Below are positions 39,721 to 49,699 of a stretch of 64,000 nucleotides of DNA, piece after piece. The stretch spans positions 1,582 through 65,581 of the forward strand of contig JBFRWF010000106.1 of assembly GCA_051439465.1 (NCBI GenBank), written 5' to 3'. Every line of letters starts with the position of its first letter. Within the stretch, counting starts at the first letter, position 1. The position numbers were made by a program, and so were the translations under genes. The notes beneath the pieces were generated by a model. It worked only from the letters and a program-made list of their open reading frames with translations. It was not told where the DNA came from and did no database searches. The DNA comes from Xenococcaceae cyanobacterium (GTDB lineage Bacteria; Cyanobacteriota; Cyanobacteriia; Cyanobacteriales; JBFRWF01).

Positions 39721-40789
39721 CAAAGATTTCATCGAGAGCGTAATTTCTGGTTGCCATTTGCCCAAGTGTTTGCCAATATTTAAAGGGAGAAACTCCTGTT
39801 CCAGGTCGTTTACAAGTCAAGTTTTCTTCTGTAAATACCTCGCCTTTCCCGATCGCCTTTGCTGCTACCAGACTCTTACGAGCTACATCCCTGTTTTTAC
39901 ACTCCGAGACAGTGGGGCGTTTAATGCCATCTCCTAACGCCTGTTCCACCTCTCGAATTTGCCGCACCAGTTGCCGCAGTTCCTCTGGTTCCAGGGATGC
40001 CTGATGGTCCGGACCAGGGAGAGAGCGATCACAGGTAAAATGCTTCTCAATAATTTTAGCTCCCCGTGCGACGGCGGCTAGGGAAATATGAATCCCCTGG
40101 GTGTGGTCAGAGTAGCCCACGGGTAAACCAAAAGCTGACGCTAGAGTATCCATTGCGCGTAAATTCACTTCATTAAAGGGTGCAGGGTATTCGGTGGTGC
40201 AGTGTAGCAGGGTGACGCGATCGCGCAACTGTTGTTGACCCTGTTCTGAAGCAAAGGCTCGTTCAAAGTCTCCTCGTTGGGGCGTTTTGTCTTCGGGAGT
40301 TGTAAATCCAAAGGCTAAAACACCCAAGGCTGCTTCTACTTCGGCTAATGTACTCATGCCTGTAGAGAGAATAATTTGTTGTGCACAACGAGCGATCGCT
40401 AACAAAAAGGGGGCGTTGGTAATCTCCCCTGACGGAATTTTAATCGTTTCTAAGCCAAAATGCTGTGTTAGTAGGTTCAAGCTCGGAACATCAAAGGGGG
40501 TCGAGAGAAATGTAATGTCCCGTGTCTGAGCATGATGAATCAAAGCCTCGTGATCGGATACGCTCAATTCCAATTTACGGATCATTCCCAACTGACTTTC
40601 TGTTCGATCTGTGGTTTGTGTTTGATACTCAGCTTTTGGTGCATGACGACTCACCACTCGATCTGCTTGAAAAGTTTGGAATTTGATCGCATCTGCCCCC
40701 GCATCTGCTGCAATATCAATTAGTTGTTTGGCGAGATTGCGATCGCCATTATGATTCACACCTGCTTCGGCGATGATAAACGTGGGCAT
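39713..40789 (-). CDS. neuB: Nonulosonate synthase (LegI-like)
   Basis: IAEAGVNHNG, KFQTF, LHCTTEYP, GYSDHT, GPDHQASL, KRPGTG. Confidence 0.93.
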   Translation of the reverse strand: MPTFIIAEAGVNHNGDRNLAKQLIDIAADAGADAIKFQTFQADRVVSRHAPKAEYQTQTTDRTESQLGMIRKLELSVSDHEALIHHAQTRDITFLSTPFDVPSLNLLTQHFGLETIKIPSGEITNAPFLLAIARCAQQIILSTGMSTLAEVEAALGVLAFGFTTPEDKTPQRGDFERAFASEQGQQQLRDRVTLLHCTTEYPAPFNEVNLRAMDTLASAFGLPVGYSDHTQGIHISLAAVARGAKIIEKHFTCDRSLPGPDHQASLEPEELRQLVRQIREVEQALGDGIKRPTVSECKNRDVARKSLVAAKAIGKGEVFTEENLTCKRPGTGVSPFKYWQTLGQMATRNYALDEIFDV

Positions 40790-40790
40790 T

Positions 40791-41960
40791 TTAGAAACCA
40801 TGCTCAATGTCAAAGAAGGATTTTTTAGTTTGGAGGGTCACAGTTTTAAGCGTTTCTTTAATTTGCTGACTCACATTTCCCGATCCATACCACGATTCTA
40901 CTGAGGGTAGCATGGCTTTAAACTCATCGGATAGGGCTTGGTGTAGTGCGGCGATGATATCTCCACTGTGTTCTGGTGCATCAATCACCGATGTAGCTTT
41001 GAGCCGACCCTTTTGGCGATCGCCAATATTGACTGTTGCCTTTTTCAAGGCGGGAGCCTCGGTTAGACCACTAGAGGAGTTCCCCACAATCACATCCGCT
41101 TGGCGCATCAGGCTTAAATAGCGTTGCTGACCCAGTGAAACAAATGCTTTCGCTCGATCTTGGTTTGTGTTCACCCATTGATCGATTTGCTCAATCAAGA
41201 CTCGACCCCCTGTATCCGCATTGGGATAAGTAAAAATCACTGTTGCTTGAGGAAAGCGATCGAGAGTAACTAACAACTCCTGCATTGCGATTGACGGAGA
41301 TTGTTTGTCTAGGGTAACAGGATGATAAGTCACCAGAAAGAGAGGCGATCGCAGTTGTATCCCTAACGACTGCTCTAAAGTAGGGCGATCGAGCCAGTCC
41401 ATATATTGAAGATGGTCTAATCCTGGCGATCCAATGTTAAAGACGCGATCGGGCGATTCTCCCAGTTGGATGACGCGCTTGCGGTAGGGTTCTGCTGCGA
41501 CAAAATGCCAATGAGAGAGTTTCGTGATGGCATGACGAATACTTTCATCAAAAGCCCCTTCTGTTGTTTCTCCACCATGTAGATGAGCAATGGGAATTCG
41601 AGCAACCATAGCTGCTTGAGCGGCAGCCAGAATTTCAAAGCGATCGCCTAACACTACTAAAATATCGGGTTTCAATCGCTCCAAAGCATCTGCAAACCCA
41701 ATCACGCCCAAGCCTATTGATTTGGCAATCCCCACAGGTGAATCAGACGACAAGAGCATTTCCACTTTGGCATCAATTCTGAAACCATCGGCTTCAATTT
41801 GCTGATAGGTGAGACCAAACTCTGGGGAGAGGTGCATTCCTGTGGCGATGATTTGTAATTGCAGGTCAGCATCATCAGCAATTTCTTTCATCAGCCAGTA
41901 GAGCAAACCATACTCAGCACGAGTTCCCGTCACAATAGAAATTTTGCGCTGTGCTGTCAT
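40791..41960 (-). CDS. neuC: Hydrolysing NDP-sugar 2-epimerase (LegG-like)
   Basis: TGTRAEYG, GMHL, GDRFE, HGGE, GNSSSG, GDRQKGR. Confidence 0.93.
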   Translation of the reverse strand: MTAQRKISIVTGTRAEYGLLYWLMKEIADDADLQLQIIATGMHLSPEFGLTYQQIEADGFRIDAKVEMLLSSDSPVGIAKSIGLGVIGFADALERLKPDILVVLGDRFEILAAAQAAMVARIPIAHLHGGETTEGAFDESIRHAITKLSHWHFVAAEPYRKRVIQLGESPDRVFNIGSPGLDHLQYMDWLDRPTLEQSLGIQLRSPLFLVTYHPVTLDKQSPSIAMQELLVTLDRFPQATVIFTYPNADTGGRVLIEQIDQWVNTNQDRAKAFVSLGQQRYLSLMRQADVIVGNSSSGLTEAPALKKATVNIGDRQKGRLKATSVIDAPEHSGDIIAALHQALSDEFKAMLPSVESWYGSGNVSQQIKETLKTVTLQTKKSFFDIEHGF

Positions 41961-43132
41961 CGTTCGCCCCCTGCGAGATTTGCACTACTCGGCACATTAA
42001 TCAAACTCGCTTCTAATTGCTCTGCAACAGGTAAAGGAGCGCGGGGACAATCCGCATACATGGGCAACTTATGGAGTAATGTCCAAGTGGGACGACATTG
42101 ATAACCTGCATCGTTGGCAACAGTTAAGAGGCGATCGCGCACTTCAAAACGGGGCTGCTCTAACCGAACCGTATTCAGCCAATAATTACTCTGGCAGTTT
42201 TTCGGTTCACTCACAAACCCGATCCCGTCAATATCCCTAAACACTTCCTGATATCGCTTTGCTAATAACCGTTTGCGGTGCAAAAAATTAGGCAACCGCT
42301 CCATCTGAGCGCACCCCAACGCCGCATTTAGATTGGGCAAACGATAATTCCATGCGAGCTGATCGTGAAAAAACTCCCAACGGTGAGGCTGTTTCGCAGT
42401 GCTTGTAAGATGCTTGGCTTGTCGAGCTAATTCCGCATCATTGGTTAAAATCGCTCCCCCTCCCCCTGTGGTAATGACCTTATTGCCATTAAAGCTCAAA
42501 ATACCCAACCGCCCAAACGTCCCTGTATGCTGACCCTGATAGGTACTCCCCAAAGATTCTGCCGCATCTTCCACAACAGGCAAATAATAAAGATTAGCCA
42601 CATCTACCAGGGATGCCAGATCCACTGGATGACCATAGGGGTGCATGGGCACAATCGCCGCAATCCGCCGTCCTGTAAAGCGATTGGTTAATCCCCCTGT
42701 GTTCCACTCGCCACAGTGCTTGAGATAGTCACTCACAGCTTGGGTATCTATCCCCAAGGTTTCCAACTCACTATCTATAAAATGGGGAATGGCGCCACAG
42801 TGAGCCACAGCATTGGCCGTCGCCACAAAAGATAAAGCAGGAATTAAAACCTCATCTCCTGGTCGCACCCCTGCCAACAGCAAAGCTATATGAAGCGCAG
42901 CGGTTCCATTGACCACCGCCACCGCATACTTTGCCCCCGTATATTCCGCCAACATGGCTTCAAAGCGATCGACATACTTGCCGACGGATGAAACAAAGGT
43001 AGAATCTAGGCAATCTTTAACCCGTTCCCACTCATTACCCATAAATTCAGGTTCGTGGAGTGGAATAAAGGGATTAGGCTCCCCCAATACAGTTTTCAGC
43101 CCTTGTAAAAAATTCTGCTCCAGTTTGTCCAC
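41957..43132 (-). CDS. legC: LegC family PLP aminotransferase
   Basis: PLHEP, FVSSVG, EDAAESLG, SFNGNKVITTGGGG. Confidence 0.9.
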   Translation of the reverse strand: MDKLEQNFLQGLKTVLGEPNPFIPLHEPEFMGNEWERVKDCLDSTFVSSVGKYVDRFEAMLAEYTGAKYAVAVVNGTAALHIALLLAGVRPGDEVLIPALSFVATANAVAHCGAIPHFIDSELETLGIDTQAVSDYLKHCGEWNTGGLTNRFTGRRIAAIVPMHPYGHPVDLASLVDVANLYYLPVVEDAAESLGSTYQGQHTGTFGRLGILSFNGNKVITTGGGGAILTNDAELARQAKHLTSTAKQPHRWEFFHDQLAWNYRLPNLNAALGCAQMERLPNFLHRKRLLAKRYQEVFRDIDGIGFVSEPKNCQSNYWLNTVRLEQPRFEVRDRLLTVANDAGYQCRPTWTLLHKLPMYADCPRAPLPVAEQLEASLINVPSSANLAGGER

Positions 43133-43146
43133 TCCTCAACTCCCAA

Positions 43147-44151
43147 TTAAATGTTGTAGCGATCGCTTTTGTAAGCTGCCAAGTTCGCTGGATTCATAAA
43201 CCATTCTGCCGTTTCTGCCAAACCCCGCTTAAAGCCTTCACGACCTCCATAAGCAGGTTGCCAATCTAACAGCCGCTTTGCCTTACTATTATCTGCCCAA
43301 AGGCGATTCACTTCGGACTTTTCTGGACGCAAACGCAATTCATCCGTCACAATCTCAATTTCAGTATTCATTGCCTCAGCAATTAAATGAGCTGTCTCCC
43401 CTATGGATATTTCAAAATTACTCCCAAAATTTATGACCTCACCCACACCTCCATCTGAATTCAACGTCGCAATAAAACCTGCTACCGTATCCTTCACATA
43501 ATTAAAATCTCGCGTTGGTGACACTGCTCCCAATTTAATTTGTCGTTGCCCATTGGCAATCTGAGTAATAATCGTGGGAATCACCGCACGGGCTGATTGA
43601 CGAGGGCCATAGGTGTTAAAGGGTCGAGCAATAACTACGGGTAAACCAAAAGAAGCATAAAAAGAATAGGCCAACTGATCCGCCGCAATCTTAGTGGCTG
43701 AATAGGGCGACTGTCCTTGTAAAGGGTGATCTTCAGTAATCGGGACAAATTTTGCTGTGCCATACACTTCACTCGTCGAGGTATGAACAACTCGACGCAC
43801 CCCTAACTCCCGTGCAGCTTGTAATATATTCAGCGTTCCCTTAACATTGGTATCCACATAAGTATCTGGCGAGTGGTAGGAGTAAGGAATCGCGATGAGT
43901 GCAGCTAAATGTAATACTGCATCACACCCTTTCATTGCCTCCTTAACGCCATGAGGATCGCGGATGTCACCCGCAAAAACATCCAAGTTATCAAGGATTT
44001 CTTTGGGGGCGCGATCAAGCCACCCCCAAGAATTGAAGGAATTATAAAGTACAAAAGCACGAACATTGTAGCCTACATGAACCAGATCCTCGGTTAGATG
44101 GGAACCAATGAACCCATCAGAACCCGTAACCAGCAGCTTTTTCAAAATCAA
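43147..44151 (-). CDS. legB: NAD-dependent 4,6-dehydratase LegB
   Basis: GSDGFIGSH, YNSFNSWGWL, LIAIPYSY, TSTSEVYG, YSATK. Confidence 0.92.
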   Translation of the reverse strand: MILKKLLVTGSDGFIGSHLTEDLVHVGYNVRAFVLYNSFNSWGWLDRAPKEILDNLDVFAGDIRDPHGVKEAMKGCDAVLHLAALIAIPYSYHSPDTYVDTNVKGTLNILQAARELGVRRVVHTSTSEVYGTAKFVPITEDHPLQGQSPYSATKIAADQLAYSFYASFGLPVVIARPFNTYGPRQSARAVIPTIITQIANGQRQIKLGAVSPTRDFNYVKDTVAGFIATLNSDGGVGEVINFGSNFEISIGETAHLIAEAMNTEIEIVTDELRLRPEKSEVNRLWADNSKAKRLLDWQPAYGGREGFKRGLAETAEWFMNPANLAAYKSDRYNI

Positions 44152-44205
44152 TACCTATCCTTATATCCTTAATTTTCATTATTAATAGTTAATTAACTAG
44201 CTTTA

Positions 44206-45749
44206 TGTCAAACGACACATTCTTCGACTCCCATTTTTATAGGACTAATCCTGCCGCATCATTGGTGTCGAACGATTTATCGGGAACAGCCGCTAAAAAA
44301 AATATCAATGCTGGCCCAATCAAAAAAATCATACAAGACGAAAAATCAAGACAACATAATATATAACTCATTAATAATTGTCGAGCAAAAATTTTGAACC
44401 AACTTTTCCACATGCAGACTCTAATCGAGAAGCATATCTGTATTTCAAGATAGTATCAGATAGGTGATCAGCGTGAACTTTGTCTCTCAGAATCTCTTTT
44501 CCCCTTAACTGTCGAAGTCTGTTAAACTCTACTTGTAAAGAAGTATGACTAAGATTGTCCTCCAAGAACTCTTCAACAACTTCCCTCAGCTCCTCGGAAG
44601 TATTCTCGATGAAATCATAGTTATCTTGCAAACTTAAAGGATTGGTATTTGTTGCTTCATAGGGGTCCATCAGCCATTCGCGCACAGTTAGCATTTTCTT
44701 CTTAGGCTTTGAATAAACATGCTTAAAAATTCCTACATCACTCTTTTTGAAAAGATGATAGCCAAATAACCAGTTATACATGTTGGTTAAGATGATCGGC
44801 CTTTGAAATAGTACGGCTAAATCAAGAATTCCTGACTGCATACCAACATAAGCATCGCATTCACTTACCAAGTAAAGATCCATCAGTGGGCTTTTGAATT
44901 CAGTCAAGGCATAGTCAATAATCCGTTCCTTTTTGGGTAAGGGCTTCATTGTCTTGTCACCCATTCTAACTACCCAGATTCCCTTATCAGTGATCGTTTT
45001 AATTGCATCAATATAATTGTCGATAGAAGCCACCCTTGGCTTTGCAATTTTTTGATCCTCGTTCCAGTATCCAGATTCCCTAACATGTAAACAGAAAAAA
45101 CGAGAATCCTTCGGAAGACCAAGCAAAATCCTTTGTTCTTCAGCTAGCTGTTTTCTTTCATCAGGTAGCTTGACTTTTGGAGAATGCCTGAACTGATGAG
45201 GCCAATCATAATCTTTAACGATGTCTTCGGAAAATTTGATATTTATTTTGGGCTGCCATAGAGTCCATTCACCCGCCATCGGTTCGCCAAATTTATGGAC
45301 ATTACGTAAAAAAACAAAGCTTTCAGCCAAGCCAAGCTGAGAAACAATTTTGAAGACAACTCGAGGTAGGAGATTAAACGCACGCAACAGACCGAAATAA
45401 GCTGTGATAGCTAATCCTCCTAATTTTGCCTGAATGGATGATTGCGGAAATGCAATCAAATCAGATTCGATCTCAAATATCTCTCTAGATAGAAGAGGTA
45501 GTCTCAAAGGCCATGGGAGTTGATAAGGCACAAAAATAGCTAACTTCTTATTTTCTCTTTTCGCTTTCAACAAGCCAAAATATATTTGTTCAAAGGCATT
45601 ACCAATCGCCCAGGAATGGGGGATTAGAATTACTGTTTTTGTCAAATTGCCGAAGCCTGCGACGATATATTCAATTAAGTGCCCAAACAAAATTAATTAC
45701 CTAACTCTATTCTCTGTAACTATCATAGCATGGGGTGTGTCGTTTGACA
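44206..45749. repeat. 14-bp perfect inverted repeat pair bracketing one glycosyltransferase gene
   Basis: TGTCAAACGACACA at 44206-44219 and TGTGTCGTTTGACA at 45736-45749. Confidence 0.75.
44371..45690 (-). CDS. TIGR04372-like putative glycosyltransferase
   Basis: AIGN, FCLHVRESGY, WVVRMG, IIDYA, DLYL, ENTSEEL; start codon uncertain. Confidence 0.75.
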   Translation of the reverse strand: MFGHLIEYIVAGFGNLTKTVILIPHSWAIGNAFEQIYFGLLKAKRENKKLAIFVPYQLPWPLRLPLLSREIFEIESDLIAFPQSSIQAKLGGLAITAYFGLLRAFNLLPRVVFKIVSQLGLAESFVFLRNVHKFGEPMAGEWTLWQPKINIKFSEDIVKDYDWPHQFRHSPKVKLPDERKQLAEEQRILLGLPKDSRFFCLHVRESGYWNEDQKIAKPRVASIDNYIDAIKTITDKGIWVVRMGDKTMKPLPKKERIIDYALTEFKSPLMDLYLVSECDAYVGMQSGILDLAVLFQRPIILTNMYNWLFGYHLFKKSDVGIFKHVYSKPKKKMLTVREWLMDPYEATNTNPLSLQDNYDFIENTSEELREVVEEFLEDNLSHTSLQVEFNRLRQLRGKEILRDKVHADHLSDTILKYRYASRLESACGKVGSKFLLDNY

Positions 45750-45777
45750 AAATGGGGAATTTATAATGTTTTTTCCC

Positions 45778-46518
45778 TCATTCATTTATTAACATATTTT
45801 TGGTCAAACTTATACCCTCCTGAACAGTAAAAATACCATTTGCTTTTTGATAAGCTTCTATTGACCCTATATCGATAAAGATACTGTGAGTTTCATAAGC
45901 ATAAATTTTGTTCAAGAATAAAGGTAAAACCTCGCGACTAAAGTCAGAATATTTCTGTTTTTTATCCTTTATAAAGGCCAAAAACTCATTAGATAAAATA
46001 CAAAATGCTCCACTTGCTAAATTACCAGGGGGATCGGCAACTTTTTCATGAAAGCCAACAACAATATTCTGAGAATTGAGTTCAACAATGCCACAGGTAG
46101 AAGGAGTGTCGGTGCGAAAAGTCATCAGGGTTAAGAGGCACTTCGGAGGTCGCTGGTGGTGGGCGTCTACAAAAGCCTGTAAGTCAGCCATGCAGTAGTT
46201 ATCGGCATGGATGAGTAATCCGTCTTCCCCTTGAAAAAAATCCAGATTAGCCATGAGCGTCCCCGCTGTCCCTAGGAGGACTGGCTCATGAACCAGGGTA
46301 ACCTGGTCTCGGTAAGGACTCGCAGCAATAAAGTCATTGACCTGATCGGCCAAATAGTGGGTATTAATCAGGAATGGACCAATTCCAGCCTGGGTAAGTC
46401 GTTCGAGCCAAATCTCCAGTAATGGCTGACCTTTGATAGGTACAAGGCATTTGGGAATAGTATTCGTCAATGGCCGGAGGCGGGTGCCGTATCCCCCTGC
46501 CAGTAAGAGCGTCTTCAT
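45778..46518 (-). CDS. Sugar-phosphate nucleotidyltransferase (HddC-like)
   Basis: LAGGYGTRL, PKCL, LGTAG, FHEK, DIG. Confidence 0.85.
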   Translation of the reverse strand: MKTLLLAGGYGTRLRPLTNTIPKCLVPIKGQPLLEIWLERLTQAGIGPFLINTHYLADQVNDFIAASPYRDQVTLVHEPVLLGTAGTLMANLDFFQGEDGLLIHADNYCMADLQAFVDAHHQRPPKCLLTLMTFRTDTPSTCGIVELNSQNIVVGFHEKVADPPGNLASGAFCILSNEFLAFIKDKKQKYSDFSREVLPLFLNKIYAYETHSIFIDIGSIEAYQKANGIFTVQEGISLTKNMLINE

Positions 46519-47966
46519 TGGGTTAACTCCTGTATCAATTCATCTCTCTGGACGGGAGTGTTCCCGACTCGTCCCACTTGAATTGCGGCGGTCAGGGAAC
46601 CGAGAACTGCGGCTTCCCAGATGGTGCCGCTACTGGCCAGGGTAAGGGCGCTGGCAATTAGTAGAGAATCCCCTGCACCTGCGACATCTTTGGGGGCGGA
46701 GTTGAGGGCTCCCAGCTGATCGGTCAGCCAGGTCTGGTCTATGTCATTGCCAGCATGAATGAGTAGTCCTTCTTCCCCCAACTTGAGCAGAATATTGTGA
46801 GCTTTCGCCTGTTGTCTCAACTTCTCAGCTAGCACCACTAGACCATCTTCGCGATTTCGGGTACTGATGCGGGCTTCTCGCTCGGTAGGGGTAATCAGAT
46901 CCATGAATTGAAAGCGACTGATGTCCCCCACCTGAGAGGAAGATTGGCTATCGGCAGCCATCATTACCCCTTGCTCTTTGGCTAAGGCCGTGATCTGATT
47001 GACCAAGGGTTGGGGCAAACAACCATAGTTAAAATCGGAAAAGACCAGCAGGTCTGCGGTGGTCAATGCCGCTGCTAACTGGTCTAACAGTTGAGTTTGC
47101 AGTTTGGAGTTAATGGCCCTCTGGTGCAGATGGCTGACCCGCAGCATGGTTTTGCCTTTGCTGCGAAACCGCTGCTTGAGGGTAGTGGGACGACTGTCAT
47201 CAATCAGCAGGTTAGCCTTCACTTGGACGGCATCTAAACCCTTCTGAGCAAACTCCTGGGCTGCATCGACCCCAGCCACTGAGACAAATTTTACCTGGGC
47301 CCCCAGACCGGCAGCATGAGCCGCTACAATACCCGCCCCGCCGACAAAGCGAGTGGAGTCGATGGGTGTGACAACAATGGTGGGATCTTCCTGGGACATT
47401 CCCAAAGGTTGGCAGGTGATGTACTCGTCAATGATCAGGTCTCCGACGACGCAGACTTTGAGATTGGAAAACTGCTGCACCACAGTGGCCAATCTGGATT
47501 GAGTAATACTATGACGGCCTAAAAAGTCGTGGGGTATTTGAATGGACTGTAGGTTGGTTTCGGTAAACTCTTTCCTTAGTAAACTTATGGAGGAGAAAGT
47601 AGTTTCCCCAGAGCTAAACAGCAGACGTCCGCCATATTGTTCTAAGACAGCCAGCTCAGGGTTAAAGCGGGTTTCGTGTTCTTTGCCTTTGACGACGATA
47701 TCTGGGCGTAATCGATTAATGACTTCTGTGACGGGTTCATCTATGATAAAGGCTTTGTCAACCCAACTGTTGCTTTTGACCCCTTCGAGGCGTAGTTGTT
47801 CGGGGATATGGGCACCATTGGCAGCCAGGCGATCATTCTGCACCGCTACGATTAAGTAATCCCCACATTCCTTGGCGAACCGCAACAGTCGCAAATGACC
47901 AGGGTGAAGTACATTAAAATTGCCGGATACAAAAACAGTCCGGGCTGAAACTCTTTGATCTGTCAT
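46515..47966 (-). CDS. HldE/RfaE-like bifunctional protein with nucleotidyltransferase N-terminal and PfkB kinase C-terminal
   Basis: GNFNVLHPGH and VKG first; then VVGDLIIDEY, GGAG, SDFNYG, DVAGAGD. Confidence 0.88.
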   Translation of the reverse strand: MTDQRVSARTVFVSGNFNVLHPGHLRLLRFAKECGDYLIVAVQNDRLAANGAHIPEQLRLEGVKSNSWVDKAFIIDEPVTEVINRLRPDIVVKGKEHETRFNPELAVLEQYGGRLLFSSGETTFSSISLLRKEFTETNLQSIQIPHDFLGRHSITQSRLATVVQQFSNLKVCVVGDLIIDEYITCQPLGMSQEDPTIVVTPIDSTRFVGGAGIVAAHAAGLGAQVKFVSVAGVDAAQEFAQKGLDAVQVKANLLIDDSRPTTLKQRFRSKGKTMLRVSHLHQRAINSKLQTQLLDQLAAALTTADLLVFSDFNYGCLPQPLVNQITALAKEQGVMMAADSQSSSQVGDISRFQFMDLITPTEREARISTRNREDGLVVLAEKLRQQAKAHNILLKLGEEGLLIHAGNDIDQTWLTDQLGALNSAPKDVAGAGDSLLIASALTLASSGTIWEAAVLGSLTAAIQVGRVGNTPVQRDELIQELTQ

Positions 47967-48184
47967 AGTAACTTGCTAAAGCTCAGTAGCTGCTAAGAGG
48001 GAACAGGGCATTGCCTGGTGGACTGACAAAACTCTCAAGGCTAGCAGCTGGAAGCCTTGCCTAGAGGAGCAAAGCCCAACATCGCCAGTTATCTGGGAAA
48101 AGAGTGGGCCTAAGCCGACTTAGCATATATAGCACAGATCAGTCGAAACTTCACAGGAGGCATAGATCAGGTCATGCAAAACCA

Positions 48185-49450
48185 CTAGGCGAGAAATTCA
48201 TCCCCTCGGAAGCGGAGAAAAGTGTCTCCTGCCCTGGCTTCGGGGTGAATCCAGCTGTGATACTTATCGAAGTCGGGATGAGCTTTAAGAATGTTCCAGA
48301 AGCGATGATGGCGCTTGAAATCAGCATCGGTCTCAACCCAGGTTCCTTGAAGCCGTTGCCATCGTTCCTGCACCGCTGACAGAATCTCACCCGGGGTCAA
48401 GTCGATAATCTTGATACCAGCTTGGGTGTAGTATTCGGTGTAGAAATAACCATGGTCTAGATGCTCTTGCCAAGTGAGGGGGATGCCTGATGCTTCCCAT
48501 ACTAAAGTCTTAGGAATATGCATGGCGTTACTCCAAGACCATAAATCGATAAGGGGTAAAAAGTTTACGAATAGAAGTGGTATTCGATAAATAGAACTTA
48601 CCCAATCAGGCCCACTGCTAGTACTTATACACAGATTGCAATGGGCAAATAACCAGATATCTAAAAAATCATTCTTCTCTGGATGGAAAGCGTAGTCAAT
48701 GATACGTGGATGACTACTGGGCATTGGTTTAGCCATAATTTTGCCCATGCGAAGCACCCATACGCCTTGCTCTGCTAACCACTCGGCGGCTGGCACATAG
48801 GTAGAGATATCAGAATTGCGATAGTTGTGGTAGTTCCAATCATAACCCTTATGTAGAGAATCCGTATTTAGGTAGGCACTGTCTCGTACATTTAGACAAA
48901 TAAAAGGTTCTCCCTCTTGCCACCCCTGTCTGCGAAACCAAGTTTTAGCTTGCTTATCTTCTTCAGGCAAAAACGTCAGTCTGGTTGGGTTCTTCTCAAA
49001 CCAGCCGTGTATATCACGGGAGTTTGTAGTGGTGGAGGGGCGATGGTGAATAGCTCCACCAGGTATTTTTTGATTCCATTCATCTAGACGGCGAAGCCAA
49101 GGATATACGGTAAAATTACGCCGCACCATCTTTGCCCAAAATTCATTGCAAGTAACGGAAGGCAACCAATATAAATCTAACGTTTTTTTTGAGGCGATTT
49201 GTCGCATTATCAACTGATGACTTACATCAGGGGCAAAGTGACCAATTCTTGAGCTGTTAAAGGTGCCTAAGCGGATTAAACGCCAGGGACGCAAGCAGCG
49301 GATAAGGAGGACACCGGGGATAGCCCAGGGAGCGTGGAGGAGTAATGATGCACCTCTAAAGAGGAGGGAAAGCAGAATATGTAGCTTTCTTCGGAAAACA
49401 GGCCAGCCACCATCGCGAATTTCATGGAGTTGTAAGTTCAGAGGCTTCAT
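48185..49450 (-). CDS. TIGR04372-like putative glycosyltransferase
   Basis: RIGH, ICLNVRDSAY, YRNSDI, WVLRMG, IIDYA, LDIWL. Confidence 0.8.
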   Translation of the reverse strand: MKPLNLQLHEIRDGGWPVFRRKLHILLSLLFRGASLLLHAPWAIPGVLLIRCLRPWRLIRLGTFNSSRIGHFAPDVSHQLIMRQIASKKTLDLYWLPSVTCNEFWAKMVRRNFTVYPWLRRLDEWNQKIPGGAIHHRPSTTTNSRDIHGWFEKNPTRLTFLPEEDKQAKTWFRRQGWQEGEPFICLNVRDSAYLNTDSLHKGYDWNYHNYRNSDISTYVPAAEWLAEQGVWVLRMGKIMAKPMPSSHPRIIDYAFHPEKNDFLDIWLFAHCNLCISTSSGPDWVSSIYRIPLLFVNFLPLIDLWSWSNAMHIPKTLVWEASGIPLTWQEHLDHGYFYTEYYTQAGIKIIDLTPGEILSAVQERWQRLQGTWVETDADFKRHHRFWNILKAHPDFDKYHSWIHPEARAGDTFLRFRGDEFLA

Positions 49451-49646
49451 AAAATAAATTCTTCCGTTGACCAGTAGAGTAAGCTAACTCTTTAAGCCTG
49501 AGCCATACTAAAATAGCATCACGCGCACACGCACACTCTATTTGATCTTTTACTATCAATGATAGTAATGATTTATGGTTATCAGCTTGTGAAAAAAGCT
49601 CAGTGTTAAAATTTAGTTTGATATTTGTAGAGTTAATTAATGGCAA
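49422..49646 (-). other. Short AT-rich ORF, possibly a decayed gene fragment
   Basis: 74-aa ORF filling the gap in operon orientation; no recognisable motif. Confidence 0.25.
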
Positions 49647-49699
49647 AACATTTTACAATAATCTTTTCCATATTGATATAATACTCGCTTTTCTCAAGA

